Shown here: one piece after another, positions 30,195 to 39,931 of the stretch
Position numbering within the stretch: position 1 is the stretch's first letter
Layout: each line of letters begins with the position of its first letter
Assembly: GCA_048938855.1 (NCBI GenBank)
Contig: JBHLLT010000003.1
Location: forward strand, 130,800 to 194,799
Direction of reading: 5' to 3'
Length of the DNA: 64,000 bases
From: Promethearchaeota archaeon
GTDB lineage: Archaea > Asgardarchaeota > Lokiarchaeia > Sigyniarchaeales > SOKP01
The notes under the pieces: model-generated
What the model saw: only the letters and a program-made list of their open reading frames with translations
What the model was told of the DNA's origin: nothing
The model's database searches: none
Translations under genes and position numbers: made by a program

Positions 30195-31127
30195 CTAAAA
30201 TTTATCTCTTAAAAAGAGCATTATTGCTTTTTGGATATGTAATCTATTTTCTGCTTGATCAAATACTATAGATTGTGGACCATCAATAACTTCTGCTGTT
30301 TGTTCATATTCTCTCATAGCTGGCAAACAATTCATAAAAACAGCATCTGGTTTTGCAGCTTTCATTACTGATAAAGTAACTTGAAAAGGCATAAATACTT
30401 TTTTCCTTTCTTCCTCCTGATCATTTGGGATACCATAACTCATCCAGCTATCAGTATATATGATATCAGATTCTCGTGCAGCATCTAATGCATTATGAAT
30501 TACTCTTACGTCAGCACCAGTATTTTTAGATAATTCTGCAACCTCATCTAATACTGCTTGTTCTGGTGAATATTGTGGAGCGTTAGGACAAGCAACATCC
30601 ATTTTCCATCCAAAAATAGCACATATTCTCATTAGATCATATGTGACATTATTATAAGCATCACCATAATAAGCGAGTTTCATATTCTCTAAGCTATTCT
30701 TTTTCTCTTTGATAGTTTGGAAATCTCCCAGAATTTGACAGGGGTGTGCGAAATCATCCAACATATTTATAACAGGTACATCAGAATATTTAGCTAAATC
30801 CCAAATATCTTTTCTTTTGAAAACTCGAGCAGCAATTATATTTACAAAACGAGATGCAACTTTAGCGGTGTCTGAGATATTTTCCTTTTTACCTAATGGA
30901 GAATCTTTGATAGAGTAAAATATTGCATGCCCACCTAATTGTTGCATACCAGTTTCAAAAGAGATCCTAGTTCTTAAGGAAGGTTTTTCAAATAGCATAA
31001 GTAGGGTCTCTCCTTCTAAATAGGAACTATATTTTTTAGGGTTTTTCTTTATTTCAATTGCGGTATTAATAAGCTTCTCGCACTCTTTCTTTGATAAATC
31101 TGAGACTTTTAACAGATGTCTTACCAT
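30195..31127 (-). CDS. arcB: Ornithine carbamoyltransferase (probably catabolic)
   Basis: FEKPSLRTR, HPCQ, DSWMSY, FMNCLP, QAENRLH. Confidence 0.93.
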   Translation of the reverse strand: MVRHLLKVSDLSKKECEKLINTAIEIKKNPKKYSSYLEGETLLMLFEKPSLRTRISFETGMQQLGGHAIFYSIKDSPLGKKENISDTAKVASRFVNIIAARVFKRKDIWDLAKYSDVPVINMLDDFAHPCQILGDFQTIKEKKNSLENMKLAYYGDAYNNVTYDLMRICAIFGWKMDVACPNAPQYSPEQAVLDEVAELSKNTGADVRVIHNALDAARESDIIYTDSWMSYGIPNDQEEERKKVFMPFQVTLSVMKAAKPDAVFMNCLPAMREYEQTAEVIDGPQSIVFDQAENRLHIQKAIMLFLRDKF

Positions 31128-31216
31128 TTCTGATTCCTACTTCAAATTTTAATAGTAATTATTTAGTAGAAGAAAATATCAAATAAAATCTATTTGGGTT
31201 GATTATTAATAAAATA

Positions 31217-32833
31217 TCATTTAGAGTGACGTAATACTCTTCCAGGGTATCTACGTTGTTGTTTAAAATCGTCAATGGTTATTACTCCATTAACAATTAC
31301 ATAGGGTATTCCTTCTGGAAATTGATGAGGTTCTCCATATGTAGTTTTATCTCTAATTTTCACAGGATCAAATATAACAATATCTGCCTTCATACCTTGC
31401 TTTAATAAGCCTCTATTTCTTAATCCTAACCTTTGAGCAGGAAATGAAGTCATTTTTCTAATAGCATTTTCAATAGTCAACAACTTTTCTTCTCTAACAT
31501 ATTTTTCTAACACTTTTGGAAATGTTCCAAAAGTCCTTGGATGAAATATTTTAAATTTAGGTAAGAGAGACATTGCTACTGAATCAGTTCCAAACATCTG
31601 ATAAGGGCTTATCATTATCCTGCGTATATCTTCTTCATCCATAGATTCAATTGTTATAGGTATATCCGCTTCTTCTTCCAATAAAATATCAAAAAATGTT
31701 TTATAAACATCTACATCTCCCATTTTTTTAGAGATCTCAGCAACACTTAATCCTTCAAATTCCTTCCATTCCTTTTTCTTAAAGAATGTTATGTAAAGAT
31801 GTTCAAAACCATTGATTTTAATCCAATTTTCCCACTCAGTTGACTCTTTTTGGAGATCACTTTTGATTTGTTCTCGTATTTTATTATCTTTCAATCTTTC
31901 AAGAATTCTTTCTTTTCCTCCCTCACGAGTCCAAGCAGGAAGAGTAGAAGCAAGATCAGATTGTCCACGATTATAAGGATATTGATCAAGAGTGATACTT
32001 ATCCCTCTTTTGTTAGCATCTTCTATTAGACGTAAGGTCTCTTTGCTTGATCCCCAATATTCTTTTCCTGCAGCCTTATGATGCGCTATTTGACCTCCGA
32101 CACATCCAGATTTTTCAACGATTTCAATAAATTCTTCCACAGCCTTGATTAATGTATTTGCTTCACCACGGATATGAGAAAAATAAAGTCCATTATAGGT
32201 TGCAACTATTTTTGCAAGTTCGATTATATCTTCTGTTGTAGCATAGACTTGAGGAGCATAAATCAAACCAGTACTCATACCAAAAGCACCTGCTTCCATT
32301 GCTTCAGCTACATAATTTTTCATTTGTTTAAGCTCGTTGTTTGTTGGTTGACGATTTTCAAATCCTGGGCCTCCTGCAATTCTAATTGTACTATAACCAA
32401 CAGCAAATACTAAATTTACCGGAAATTTCTTACTATCCATAGCTTCAAGGTATTCCTTAAATGTATTCCATGTTATCTTAATTTCTCCCCCCATAGGAGG
32501 CTTAAATAATTCTTTGAATAACTCTAATTTATCAGATGGAATAGGAGCTAATCCTTCTCCACACATTCCAACAACCGCAGTAGTAATCCCTTGATGAATC
32601 GCAGCATCCATCTTGCTATACATGGGTAGATAGAAATCGGTATGAGAATGCATATCTATAAAGCCAGGGCATACAATCATCCCCGATGCATCAATCTCTT
32701 TAATGGCATCTTCTGTTATTCTATATTTTATTACTTTTATAATCTCATCGATAATTCCTATTTCTCCCTTAAACGGAGGGTTTCCTGTACCATCAATAAT
32801 AGTACCATTTTTAATTAAAATATCAAAACTCAT
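31217..32833 (-). CDS. N-acyl-D-amino-acid deacylase (D-aminoacylase)
   Basis: PGFIDMHSHTD, GMCG, GMSTGLIYAP, SHIRGE, HPRTFGTFP, KMTSFPA. Confidence 0.92.
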   Translation of the reverse strand: MSFDILIKNGTIIDGTGNPPFKGEIGIIDEIIKVIKYRITEDAIKEIDASGMIVCPGFIDMHSHTDFYLPMYSKMDAAIHQGITTAVVGMCGEGLAPIPSDKLELFKELFKPPMGGEIKITWNTFKEYLEAMDSKKFPVNLVFAVGYSTIRIAGGPGFENRQPTNNELKQMKNYVAEAMEAGAFGMSTGLIYAPQVYATTEDIIELAKIVATYNGLYFSHIRGEANTLIKAVEEFIEIVEKSGCVGGQIAHHKAAGKEYWGSSKETLRLIEDANKRGISITLDQYPYNRGQSDLASTLPAWTREGGKERILERLKDNKIREQIKSDLQKESTEWENWIKINGFEHLYITFFKKKEWKEFEGLSVAEISKKMGDVDVYKTFFDILLEEEADIPITIESMDEEDIRRIMISPYQMFGTDSVAMSLLPKFKIFHPRTFGTFPKVLEKYVREEKLLTIENAIRKMTSFPAQRLGLRNRGLLKQGMKADIVIFDPVKIRDKTTYGEPHQFPEGIPYVIVNGVITIDDFKQQRRYPGRVLRHSK

Positions 32834-32849
32834 CTTTATCTATCTCCAA

Positions 32850-34016
32850 TTACTTTAATTCTTCTTCTATACCAAATTCACGAGTATAAGAAAGAGTATC
32901 TAGAATTTCTTTATCTCTACTTGTGACTTTATCCGTTAAAACACGGCTGAGAAGTTCACCTAAGCCTGGTCCTAACATAAACCCCTGTCCGCACATACCA
33001 ACTGCATTAATATATCCTTCAATTTCATTCACTTTTCCAACGATTGGATTACCATCTGGAGTCATAGGATACAAACCTCGCCATGTTCGTCTTACTTTTA
33101 TATTTCTCAAACGTGGCAGTAGTTGTATCATTCTTTTTGAAATCTGCGGTAAAAATGAGCTTGTTTCTCTGCGATCAGTTCCTTGAATATTTGGGCTTGG
33201 AGTTAAACAGAAAATAATTTTTCCTTCTTTGTTTTGGTAAAAGTAATAATTTTTGGAATCGCCACATATAGAATCTGAATATGGTCTAATATCCACTATC
33301 ATTGGAGTAAAAAATTTTTTGACCGGTTCTGTTATGCCCGCTTCATGAGATTCTGGTTCTACTGGTATATCTAAATTAACCATATTACCAATCTCCTTAG
33401 CATGAGCCCCAGCCGCATTAACAATTGACATGGTTTTATACGTAGTTTTATTGGTTTTTATCTCAACTACATGATTGTTTTCACTTTTAATATCAATTAC
33501 TTTTTCATTAAAGTGATACACAGCTCCATAATCTCTTGATTTACGAAAAAATGAATGTAAAGCTAATAATGGTGATGCATTTCCATCCTCAGGACTATAT
33601 GTTCCCCCCAATAACCCATTGTTATTGATTCCTGGTATTAATTCTTTGATTTTGTCGGCATCTACAAAATCAATATTTAATCCTAAACTTTTTTGAAGTG
33701 TTACAGTATCTCTCAATAAATTCTCATGTTCTTTAGTATAAGCTAAGAATGTATAACCTCCTTGAGACCACCAAATGTCATCTCCATGTTTTTCCTCCCA
33801 TGTTGAGAAAATTTCAATTGATCTTTGACATAACCAAATTTTACCTTTATGAGAATGAGTTGCTCTGATACCTCCAATAGCATGTTTATTATCAGCTTGA
33901 GCAACTGATGGTAGGTAATCGATAACTAAGGTTTTAAATCCTTCTTTTGCTGTAGCTAAAGCAGTAGGAACTCCTACACTACCGGCACCAATGATAACAA
34001 CATCATATTCAACCAT
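32850..34016 (-). CDS. FAD-dependent amine/amino-acid dehydrogenase (sarcosine oxidase beta / proline dehydrogenase beta-like)
   Basis: IIGAGSVG, VNAAGAHA, WRGLYPMTPDGNPIVG, GMCGQGFMLGP. Confidence 0.9.
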   Translation of the reverse strand: MVEYDVVIIGAGSVGVPTALATAKEGFKTLVIDYLPSVAQADNKHAIGGIRATHSHKGKIWLCQRSIEIFSTWEEKHGDDIWWSQGGYTFLAYTKEHENLLRDTVTLQKSLGLNIDFVDADKIKELIPGINNNGLLGGTYSPEDGNASPLLALHSFFRKSRDYGAVYHFNEKVIDIKSENNHVVEIKTNKTTYKTMSIVNAAGAHAKEIGNMVNLDIPVEPESHEAGITEPVKKFFTPMIVDIRPYSDSICGDSKNYYFYQNKEGKIIFCLTPSPNIQGTDRRETSSFLPQISKRMIQLLPRLRNIKVRRTWRGLYPMTPDGNPIVGKVNEIEGYINAVGMCGQGFMLGPGLGELLSRVLTDKVTSRDKEILDTLSYTREFGIEEELK

Positions 34017-36101
34017 TTAGAGTTCCTCCTTTTTACTATTAGCATTAGCAAATATCCCCATAGGGACTTCAATAAATAAAGGTCTTTTTGTACCTGGCGT
34101 TATCGCGTTGGCATTCACACCTTCTTCTCTAAAAATTCTTTCGATAAGGGATGTACACGTTTTTCCTCCGCATGCTCCCATCCCTACCTTGGTTAAAGCT
34201 TTTAATTCATTAAAATCCCTTACTCCTGATTGTATCCATTTTCTAATTTCCCCTACTGAAACACGCTCACATCTGCAGACGATAATTTCATTATCAGTTA
34301 TTGGTTTTTGATATAGATCAGTTGGTTCAGCAAATTTGGTTTTATGGAGTTTTATAGCCACAGCTTTTTTAGCTATTTCGGAGGGTAACTTGACTGTTAC
34401 AAGCTGAGTCTTTGGAAATTCCTTTAATATTCGAGACCTATGAATTTCATATTTTCCTAGTTCTTTCTCATTACTTACAACAATTATCTCTTGCCCTTTT
34501 TCCAATTTAACCTCTGTAAGTTCGAAAGGGAAAGTTACATACGGATTTTCTTTATCTTTTCGATAATCAATCAATACAACAGCTAAACCCGGACAAACAG
34601 CAACACATTTTCCACATCCGATGCAATCCTTGTTGCCTTTAAAATATGGTAATTGAGTAATCAAATCATCTACAGTTTCAATTTGGTCTTGGTCACATAC
34701 CGTAGTGCATGGATTACATGGAATTTCTTGATTACAATAAAAAACAGGATAAACGCCTTCTTCCTTGAATTTAATATCAATATCAATAGGATGAGGTGGT
34801 TTTGCCTTCATTATTTCAGCAAATTTTTCAAGTTCATTAATATCTTCTGGAATTTTAATTCCAATTTGTTGTAAAATCTTCAAGGCTTCAATTTTTCCTG
34901 TAAAAATAGCTGCTGATGCTTCTGCAATTTCTTGAGCATCACCAGCAACCCAAACATTAAAGCCAAATTCTTTTGCTTTATGGTAAAATTCATCAACAGG
35001 ATTTAAACCTACAGCAATTAAAATGGTATCACAAGGATAAGTTTTTTCTGTTCCAGATACTATATTAAAATCCTTATCAATTTGAGCGACTGTTATTGAT
35101 TCTACTGATTTCTCTCCATTAGCAGAGACAATTGTATTATTTGTAAAGATTGGTACCCCTAATCTTCTAAGTTTATCTTCATGAACTTTATAACCCCCAC
35201 ATTGAGGTAATGCTTCAATTAAGCCAACTACTTCGATTTTTGCTTGAATTGCATGATATCCCGCAATTAAACCCACATTTCCTCCTCCAACAATAAATAC
35301 TTTCTCAGCTGCTTTTATTAAATCACGGTTAACCAAGGTCTGAAATGCTCCAGCCCCATATACGCCGGGTAAAGTATTTCCTGGAAAAATTAACATTTTT
35401 TCTCGAGCACCAGTGGCAATTAGCAAATATTTAGATTTTATCAATGAATATTTCTTGTTATCTTTTAAAATTCCAACTAAACCATCACTGAATACTGCTA
35501 AACAAACAGAATTTAACCAAATTTTTACATTTAATAAACTTCTAACAGAATTTCCTAAGATTTTAGCAATTTCAATTCCACGATTTCCAGCATATACATC
35601 CTTTTGAGACCCAAAAAATTTATGGGTCTGGAGTACTAATTTACCTCCAAGTTCAGCTTTGTCATCAACTAAAATTACGCTAACATCATTTTCCCCTAAG
35701 ATCTTTGTAGCTGATAATCCTGCTGGGCCGCCACCAATCACCAGCACATCAGTTTCTATAATTTCAGAATCTCCAACTGCTAAAGGTTCATCAATGGCTG
35801 GTAACTCTGGTAAACCACTACAACTTTCTATTAACATGCCTTCCTTAAGAGGTGTCATACATGCTTTTACTGGAATACCATTTACCATTACATTGCATTG
35901 AGAACATTGACCATTAGCGCAAAAAATTCCTTGTGGGCTGTTGTCTTTTGCATGATGACCAAAAATTTTTATTTTATTCAAAAAAAGTGCAGAAGATATA
36001 ACCATTCCTTCAAAACCTGTTAATTTTCGACCATCAAAGCTAAAAGTTACTTCTTTTCTTTTTGGTATGGCTAAAATAGGATGTTTAATAATCTTTTCCA
36101 T
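34017..36101 (-). CDS. Fused [2Fe-2S]/FAD-NAD/[4Fe-4S]/BFD oxidoreductase (proline dehydrogenase alpha-gamma-delta-like)
   Basis: FCANGQCSQC...ACMT, GGGPAG, ATGARE, GGGNVG, CNPCTTVC, CIGCGKCVAVCP, CRCE...GACGGKTC. Confidence 0.9.
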   Translation of the reverse strand: MEKIIKHPILAIPKRKEVTFSFDGRKLTGFEGMVISSALFLNKIKIFGHHAKDNSPQGIFCANGQCSQCNVMVNGIPVKACMTPLKEGMLIESCSGLPELPAIDEPLAVGDSEIIETDVLVIGGGPAGLSATKILGENDVSVILVDDKAELGGKLVLQTHKFFGSQKDVYAGNRGIEIAKILGNSVRSLLNVKIWLNSVCLAVFSDGLVGILKDNKKYSLIKSKYLLIATGAREKMLIFPGNTLPGVYGAGAFQTLVNRDLIKAAEKVFIVGGGNVGLIAGYHAIQAKIEVVGLIEALPQCGGYKVHEDKLRRLGVPIFTNNTIVSANGEKSVESITVAQIDKDFNIVSGTEKTYPCDTILIAVGLNPVDEFYHKAKEFGFNVWVAGDAQEIAEASAAIFTGKIEALKILQQIGIKIPEDINELEKFAEIMKAKPPHPIDIDIKFKEEGVYPVFYCNQEIPCNPCTTVCDQDQIETVDDLITQLPYFKGNKDCIGCGKCVAVCPGLAVVLIDYRKDKENPYVTFPFELTEVKLEKGQEIIVVSNEKELGKYEIHRSRILKEFPKTQLVTVKLPSEIAKKAVAIKLHKTKFAEPTDLYQKPITDNEIIVCRCERVSVGEIRKWIQSGVRDFNELKALTKVGMGACGGKTCTSLIERIFREEGVNANAITPGTKRPLFIEVPMGIFANANSKKEEL

Positions 36102-36137
36102 CTAGAATCTTATAAAAATTTTTAAGATTAAGAATAT

Positions 36138-38318
36138 TCATTGATGAGGTTTTATGAATTTTATGACATCATCATAATTGATTCCTAACTCTTTTACTTT
36201 TTCAATTGTAGGACAACCCTTCTGATTCCATCCACGTTCTTTATAAACAGCGTCTTGAAGTTTTGAATATTGATCTTCACGATGTTTTCTTAGAATTTTT
36301 ATCTTTTCATCTGTACTTTTACCCGATATATCAAATCCTAATTCTTTAAGTTGACTATCGTATCTTTCTTGACGACTCTCATATTCTAATGTTGTTACCG
36401 GTCCCATTGCTCTATAGGGGAAATTTGAATCTCCTTCTCGTAATCCTTGACCCAACCTTATATTAAAAATTCTTTGAAAATTATAAACTCTTTCTGACAT
36501 TACTATGAGATCCTCTGGAGTTGATTTTCTTCCTGTTACAGCTGAAAAATATTTTGCATACCATTCAACATGGTATGGTATCCTTGCTTGGAGAAGTTCT
36601 CCTGTTTGAGGATCTTTCACAGGAAGCTCCTTATTTTGAGATCCTATTGCGTCATTCCATGGTAATTTGCAAAGTCCGTTTAATCCAAACCAGGTTCGCC
36701 AATATGGAAACCATCGAAGTGCTTTGGCTTTATCCTCAAATGTTGGAATTGTATTTCTGACCATATCTTCGAATATAAGCCAAGCTTCATCATGCTGTGG
36801 TCCTTTTAATGCTAATCCGTATCCACCTTGCTGCGCAAGAGATTCCTTTGTTATATATTCTGAAAATTCTAATCCTTTGTGTTCCATTCCAATATCTTGC
36901 AGAAAATGAGGATCTCCACCATAATTTTCAGCGAAATATTTCTTCATCTCTCTTATTCCTTTACCAACTATTACACCAAATCCTTCTCCTCGTGCCATTT
37001 GGTGAAGCAGTTCTAATGCAGATTCAGCATTTCCAAAATTTAATTCCAGACCTCCTGTAATTTCTTTATTTAAGATTCCTACTTCATAGCATTCCATTAC
37101 AAAACTAATTCCAGTACCAAATGAAATTGTATCTATACCATAAGTATCACAGTAAAAATTTACTTCAAGAACCCATTTAACATCCCATACTCCCCAATTT
37201 GAACCACAGCCAGCAATAGTTTCATATTCAGGTCCTTCAACAATTACCTCTTGACCTTTAAAAGGACCAGTTAAAACTTTATGTCCAAGTGTATAATGTG
37301 AACAACTCATTGTACAACCAATCCAGCACCCATCAGTTCCTTCTTTAACATGATAAACCTTTCGCATCTCTTCACGATTATATGGGATGCTTTTATCTTT
37401 AATTTCTTTATGAGAACCAAATCGAAAATTTTCAGTAGGGAGTAGATCAACTACATTCATGATATCTGGTAGATAACCAGTCCCAACCCTTCTCATTTCA
37501 TTCTGAGAAGGATCAACGTCTACAATTTCTTTACTGTGAATTTTTCCTAATTCTCGTGCGGCTTCTAAATCTGCAGGATTATTGGATTTTATGGTTACTC
37601 GAGGAGAACGACAAACAAGAGCTCTAAGATTTTTATCAGAAAAAACTGTTCCTATTCCTCCTCTTCCAGCTTGCTTTACAGAAGCATGTTTGCGTGTGGT
37701 TGTATACCAAGAGAAATTTAACATGCCCCATTTTGAGTGTTGTGCTGCTGGACCACTACTAACAACTGAAATTTGCCTTTTTTCAGTATCATCTGCTGCA
37801 TATTTTTCTGTTAATTGTTGAGTGAGTTCATGAGAATATTCTGATAGCCTATCTGAATCTTCTATTTTAGAAATTTGGACTAAACCTTTTATTCCATCAA
37901 TATAAATTACTATGTCATTTTTAGCTTTTCCCTGAATTTCAAGTGCATCGAATCCTGAAAATTTAAGATAAGGACCAAAATAACCACCTACATTGCTATC
38001 AATTATTATTCCTGTTAAGGGAGATATAGAGGTTACAATTGATTTACCCGAACCTGGATAAAAAATACTTCCTCCTAAAGGCCCGGAAGAAATGCATATT
38101 TCATTCTCAGGATCATTCCATTTGATTATACGGTCTTTGGGGATAGAATTCCACATAAGCCATAAATCAAACCCTTTTCCACCAATGAATTTTTCTTTCA
38201 TTTCATCTGAAACAGGTTTTATGATAATTTCGTTTTTAGAAAGATTGATATATAAAGTTCGATTTGCATAACCCTTTTGGACGTCTTGGATTTCATATTT
38301 CTTTTCTGCTAATATCAT
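36138..38318 (-). CDS. Tungsten/molybdopterin aldehyde:ferredoxin oxidoreductase family
   Basis: FIGGKG, SPLTG, QAGRGGIG, GCWIGCTMSC, GPEYET, CDTYGIDTIS, GLCKLP. Confidence 0.93.
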   Translation of the reverse strand: MILAEKKYEIQDVQKGYANRTLYINLSKNEIIIKPVSDEMKEKFIGGKGFDLWLMWNSIPKDRIIKWNDPENEICISSGPLGGSIFYPGSGKSIVTSISPLTGIIIDSNVGGYFGPYLKFSGFDALEIQGKAKNDIVIYIDGIKGLVQISKIEDSDRLSEYSHELTQQLTEKYAADDTEKRQISVVSSGPAAQHSKWGMLNFSWYTTTRKHASVKQAGRGGIGTVFSDKNLRALVCRSPRVTIKSNNPADLEAARELGKIHSKEIVDVDPSQNEMRRVGTGYLPDIMNVVDLLPTENFRFGSHKEIKDKSIPYNREEMRKVYHVKEGTDGCWIGCTMSCSHYTLGHKVLTGPFKGQEVIVEGPEYETIAGCGSNWGVWDVKWVLEVNFYCDTYGIDTISFGTGISFVMECYEVGILNKEITGGLELNFGNAESALELLHQMARGEGFGVIVGKGIREMKKYFAENYGGDPHFLQDIGMEHKGLEFSEYITKESLAQQGGYGLALKGPQHDEAWLIFEDMVRNTIPTFEDKAKALRWFPYWRTWFGLNGLCKLPWNDAIGSQNKELPVKDPQTGELLQARIPYHVEWYAKYFSAVTGRKSTPEDLIVMSERVYNFQRIFNIRLGQGLREGDSNFPYRAMGPVTTLEYESRQERYDSQLKELGFDISGKSTDEKIKILRKHREDQYSKLQDAVYKERGWNQKGCPTIEKVKELGINYDDVIKFIKPHQ

Positions 38319-38463
38319 AGATCTTCAGTCAATTAAATTTTAAATATTAAATTAAAAAGTTGATTTTAAACTATGGATGAGTTAATGAGACTTTAGAATT
38401 AAATCTTATTTAACATAATATAAAAAAAGAATTAAAAAAAATATATAAAAAAAATTCTTACCA

Positions 38464-39027
38464 TTAAATTTTATTGGCTATATCTTTGGCCCAATTACGG
38501 ATCTCGTCCCAATTTCGTGAATCAAAAACTCCTAGCTTTGTTTCTTTAAATCCTGCAGGAATAAAATTTGCTTTTTCTTCTTCTAAGAATTTTTTATAAA
38601 TCTTTCCCATCTGATTAAAATCCCAGATACCTCCAAACATAGCCATTGTGATTGGCTTTAAATCATATTTAGAAGCTTTTTCTTCAAGATATTTTTTGTT
38701 TATTCTTTCAATTTCACTAGTTTCTCCTTTATATTCCATGAGTGCTCGACCACCAGAAGACACGAAAAGTGCTACTTTCTTTTTCTTGAGTTCATTATTA
38801 AATTTATTTAAGAATGATTTAGTTTTACTCGTCCACATATCCATCTTCATTCCACTTCCAATAATGATAACATCAAAATCGGAGAGATCTTTAACCTTTT
38901 CTTCTTTGAGATTAACTACTTTTACTTCAAATCCTTCATCTCGAAGAACTTTAGCAATTTCTTCTGCAGTGCCAGTTGTAGCTCCATACCGAGTGCCATA
39001 CGCAATTAATATCTTTGCTTTTTCCAA
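38464..39027 (-). CDS. Flavodoxin-domain protein (HemG-like)
   Basis: IAYGTRYGATTGTAEEI, DSRNWDEIRNWA; TTG start. Confidence 0.88.
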   Translation of the reverse strand: MEKAKILIAYGTRYGATTGTAEEIAKVLRDEGFEVKVVNLKEEKVKDLSDFDVIIIGSGMKMDMWTSKTKSFLNKFNNELKKKKVALFVSSGGRALMEYKGETSEIERINKKYLEEKASKYDLKPITMAMFGGIWDFNQMGKIYKKFLEEEKANFIPAGFKETKLGVFDSRNWDEIRNWAKDIANKI

Positions 39028-39051
39028 TTTTTATCACTTTCATTCTTTATT

Positions 39052-39711
39052 TTAGTTTTTAGCTATTCCTTGTAATAACAATTTAATTGAGTGTTGTAGA
39101 TATTCCTCTGTAGTAGCACCACTTAACTCTAAAAGTAATTGATTTACAGGTGACAAATATACGATATCTTCAATAGCAGATCCTAAAAACATTACTGTCT
39201 GTATGGGTTCCAAATCTTTTCTTAATGTACTATCCTTGATTCCTAAGCTAATGGCTTCAGTTATTATATCAAGTAATTCTTTTTTTAATCCGGCATATTC
39301 TTCAGTGTTTTCAATTTCAGGAACACCATTCTCATAATTTTGAAGCATTTCCATAAAACGGGGGACTCTAACAGAGAGATTAAGTCGATAATAATTTGAA
39401 TAGTTTTGAATATAATCTGAGAAAGCATGAACTATGCTTATTATTTTTTTTAACCCGGTAGTTTCGTTTTTTACAGCTTGTTTGAAAGTATCCCTAAGTA
39501 TAACTACTCCTTTAGTTACCACAGCAAAATATAAGGAAGCTTTATTCTTAAAATGATAATAGAGCGCTGTTTTAGAAAGCTCTAAATCTCCCGCAATATC
39601 GTCCATTGAGACATCATCATAGCTATTCTCAAAAAATCTTTTTTCAGCGGCATTTAAAATCTCAGTACGACGCTGTAATGTTTCCCTTTCTCTTCTGGTT
39701 AATTTTGAAAT
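39052..39711 (-). CDS. TetR/AcrR-family transcriptional regulator (probable ATT start)
   Basis: The frame extends 35 codons upstream of the listed ATG (ISKLTRRERETLQRRTEILNAAEKRFFENSYDDVS) into MDDIAGDLELSKTALYYHFKNK, completing the TetR HTH; GGTGAG RBS just upstream of ATT at 39711. Confidence 0.88.
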   Translation of the reverse strand: MSKLTRRERETLQRRTEILNAAEKRFFENSYDDVSMDDIAGDLELSKTALYYHFKNKASLYFAVVTKGVVILRDTFKQAVKNETTGLKKIISIVHAFSDYIQNYSNYYRLNLSVRVPRFMEMLQNYENGVPEIENTEEYAGLKKELLDIITEAISLGIKDSTLRKDLEPIQTVMFLGSAIEDIVYLSPVNQLLLELSGATTEEYLQHSIKLLLQGIAKN

Positions 39712-39808
39712 CTTAACTCACCACTCATTTTTCTTATTTTAGATGTGTCATTACAAGATTTTTTTTTATACCAGTAGAAAGTCCCAACTATAAATATCTG
39801 AAAATATT

Positions 39809-39859
39809 TACTTATAGTAGAAAACCTACTGATGGTAAGTTACTTACTATAAGTAAGTA
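39809..39859. promoter_or_regulatory. Three TAC-N5-GTA palindromic boxes at 18-bp spacing upstream of tetR (candidate operator array)
   Basis: TACTTATAGTA (39809), TACTGATGGTA (39827), TACTATAAGTA (39845; extends to TACTTAC-TATAA-GTAAGTA, 39841-39859). Confidence 0.65.
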
Positions 39860-39931
39860 TTAATATATAAATCTTTGGTCTATTAAAATGAGTACTTTTT
39901 TATAGTATTCTGAAATTTACTAGAATTCATA

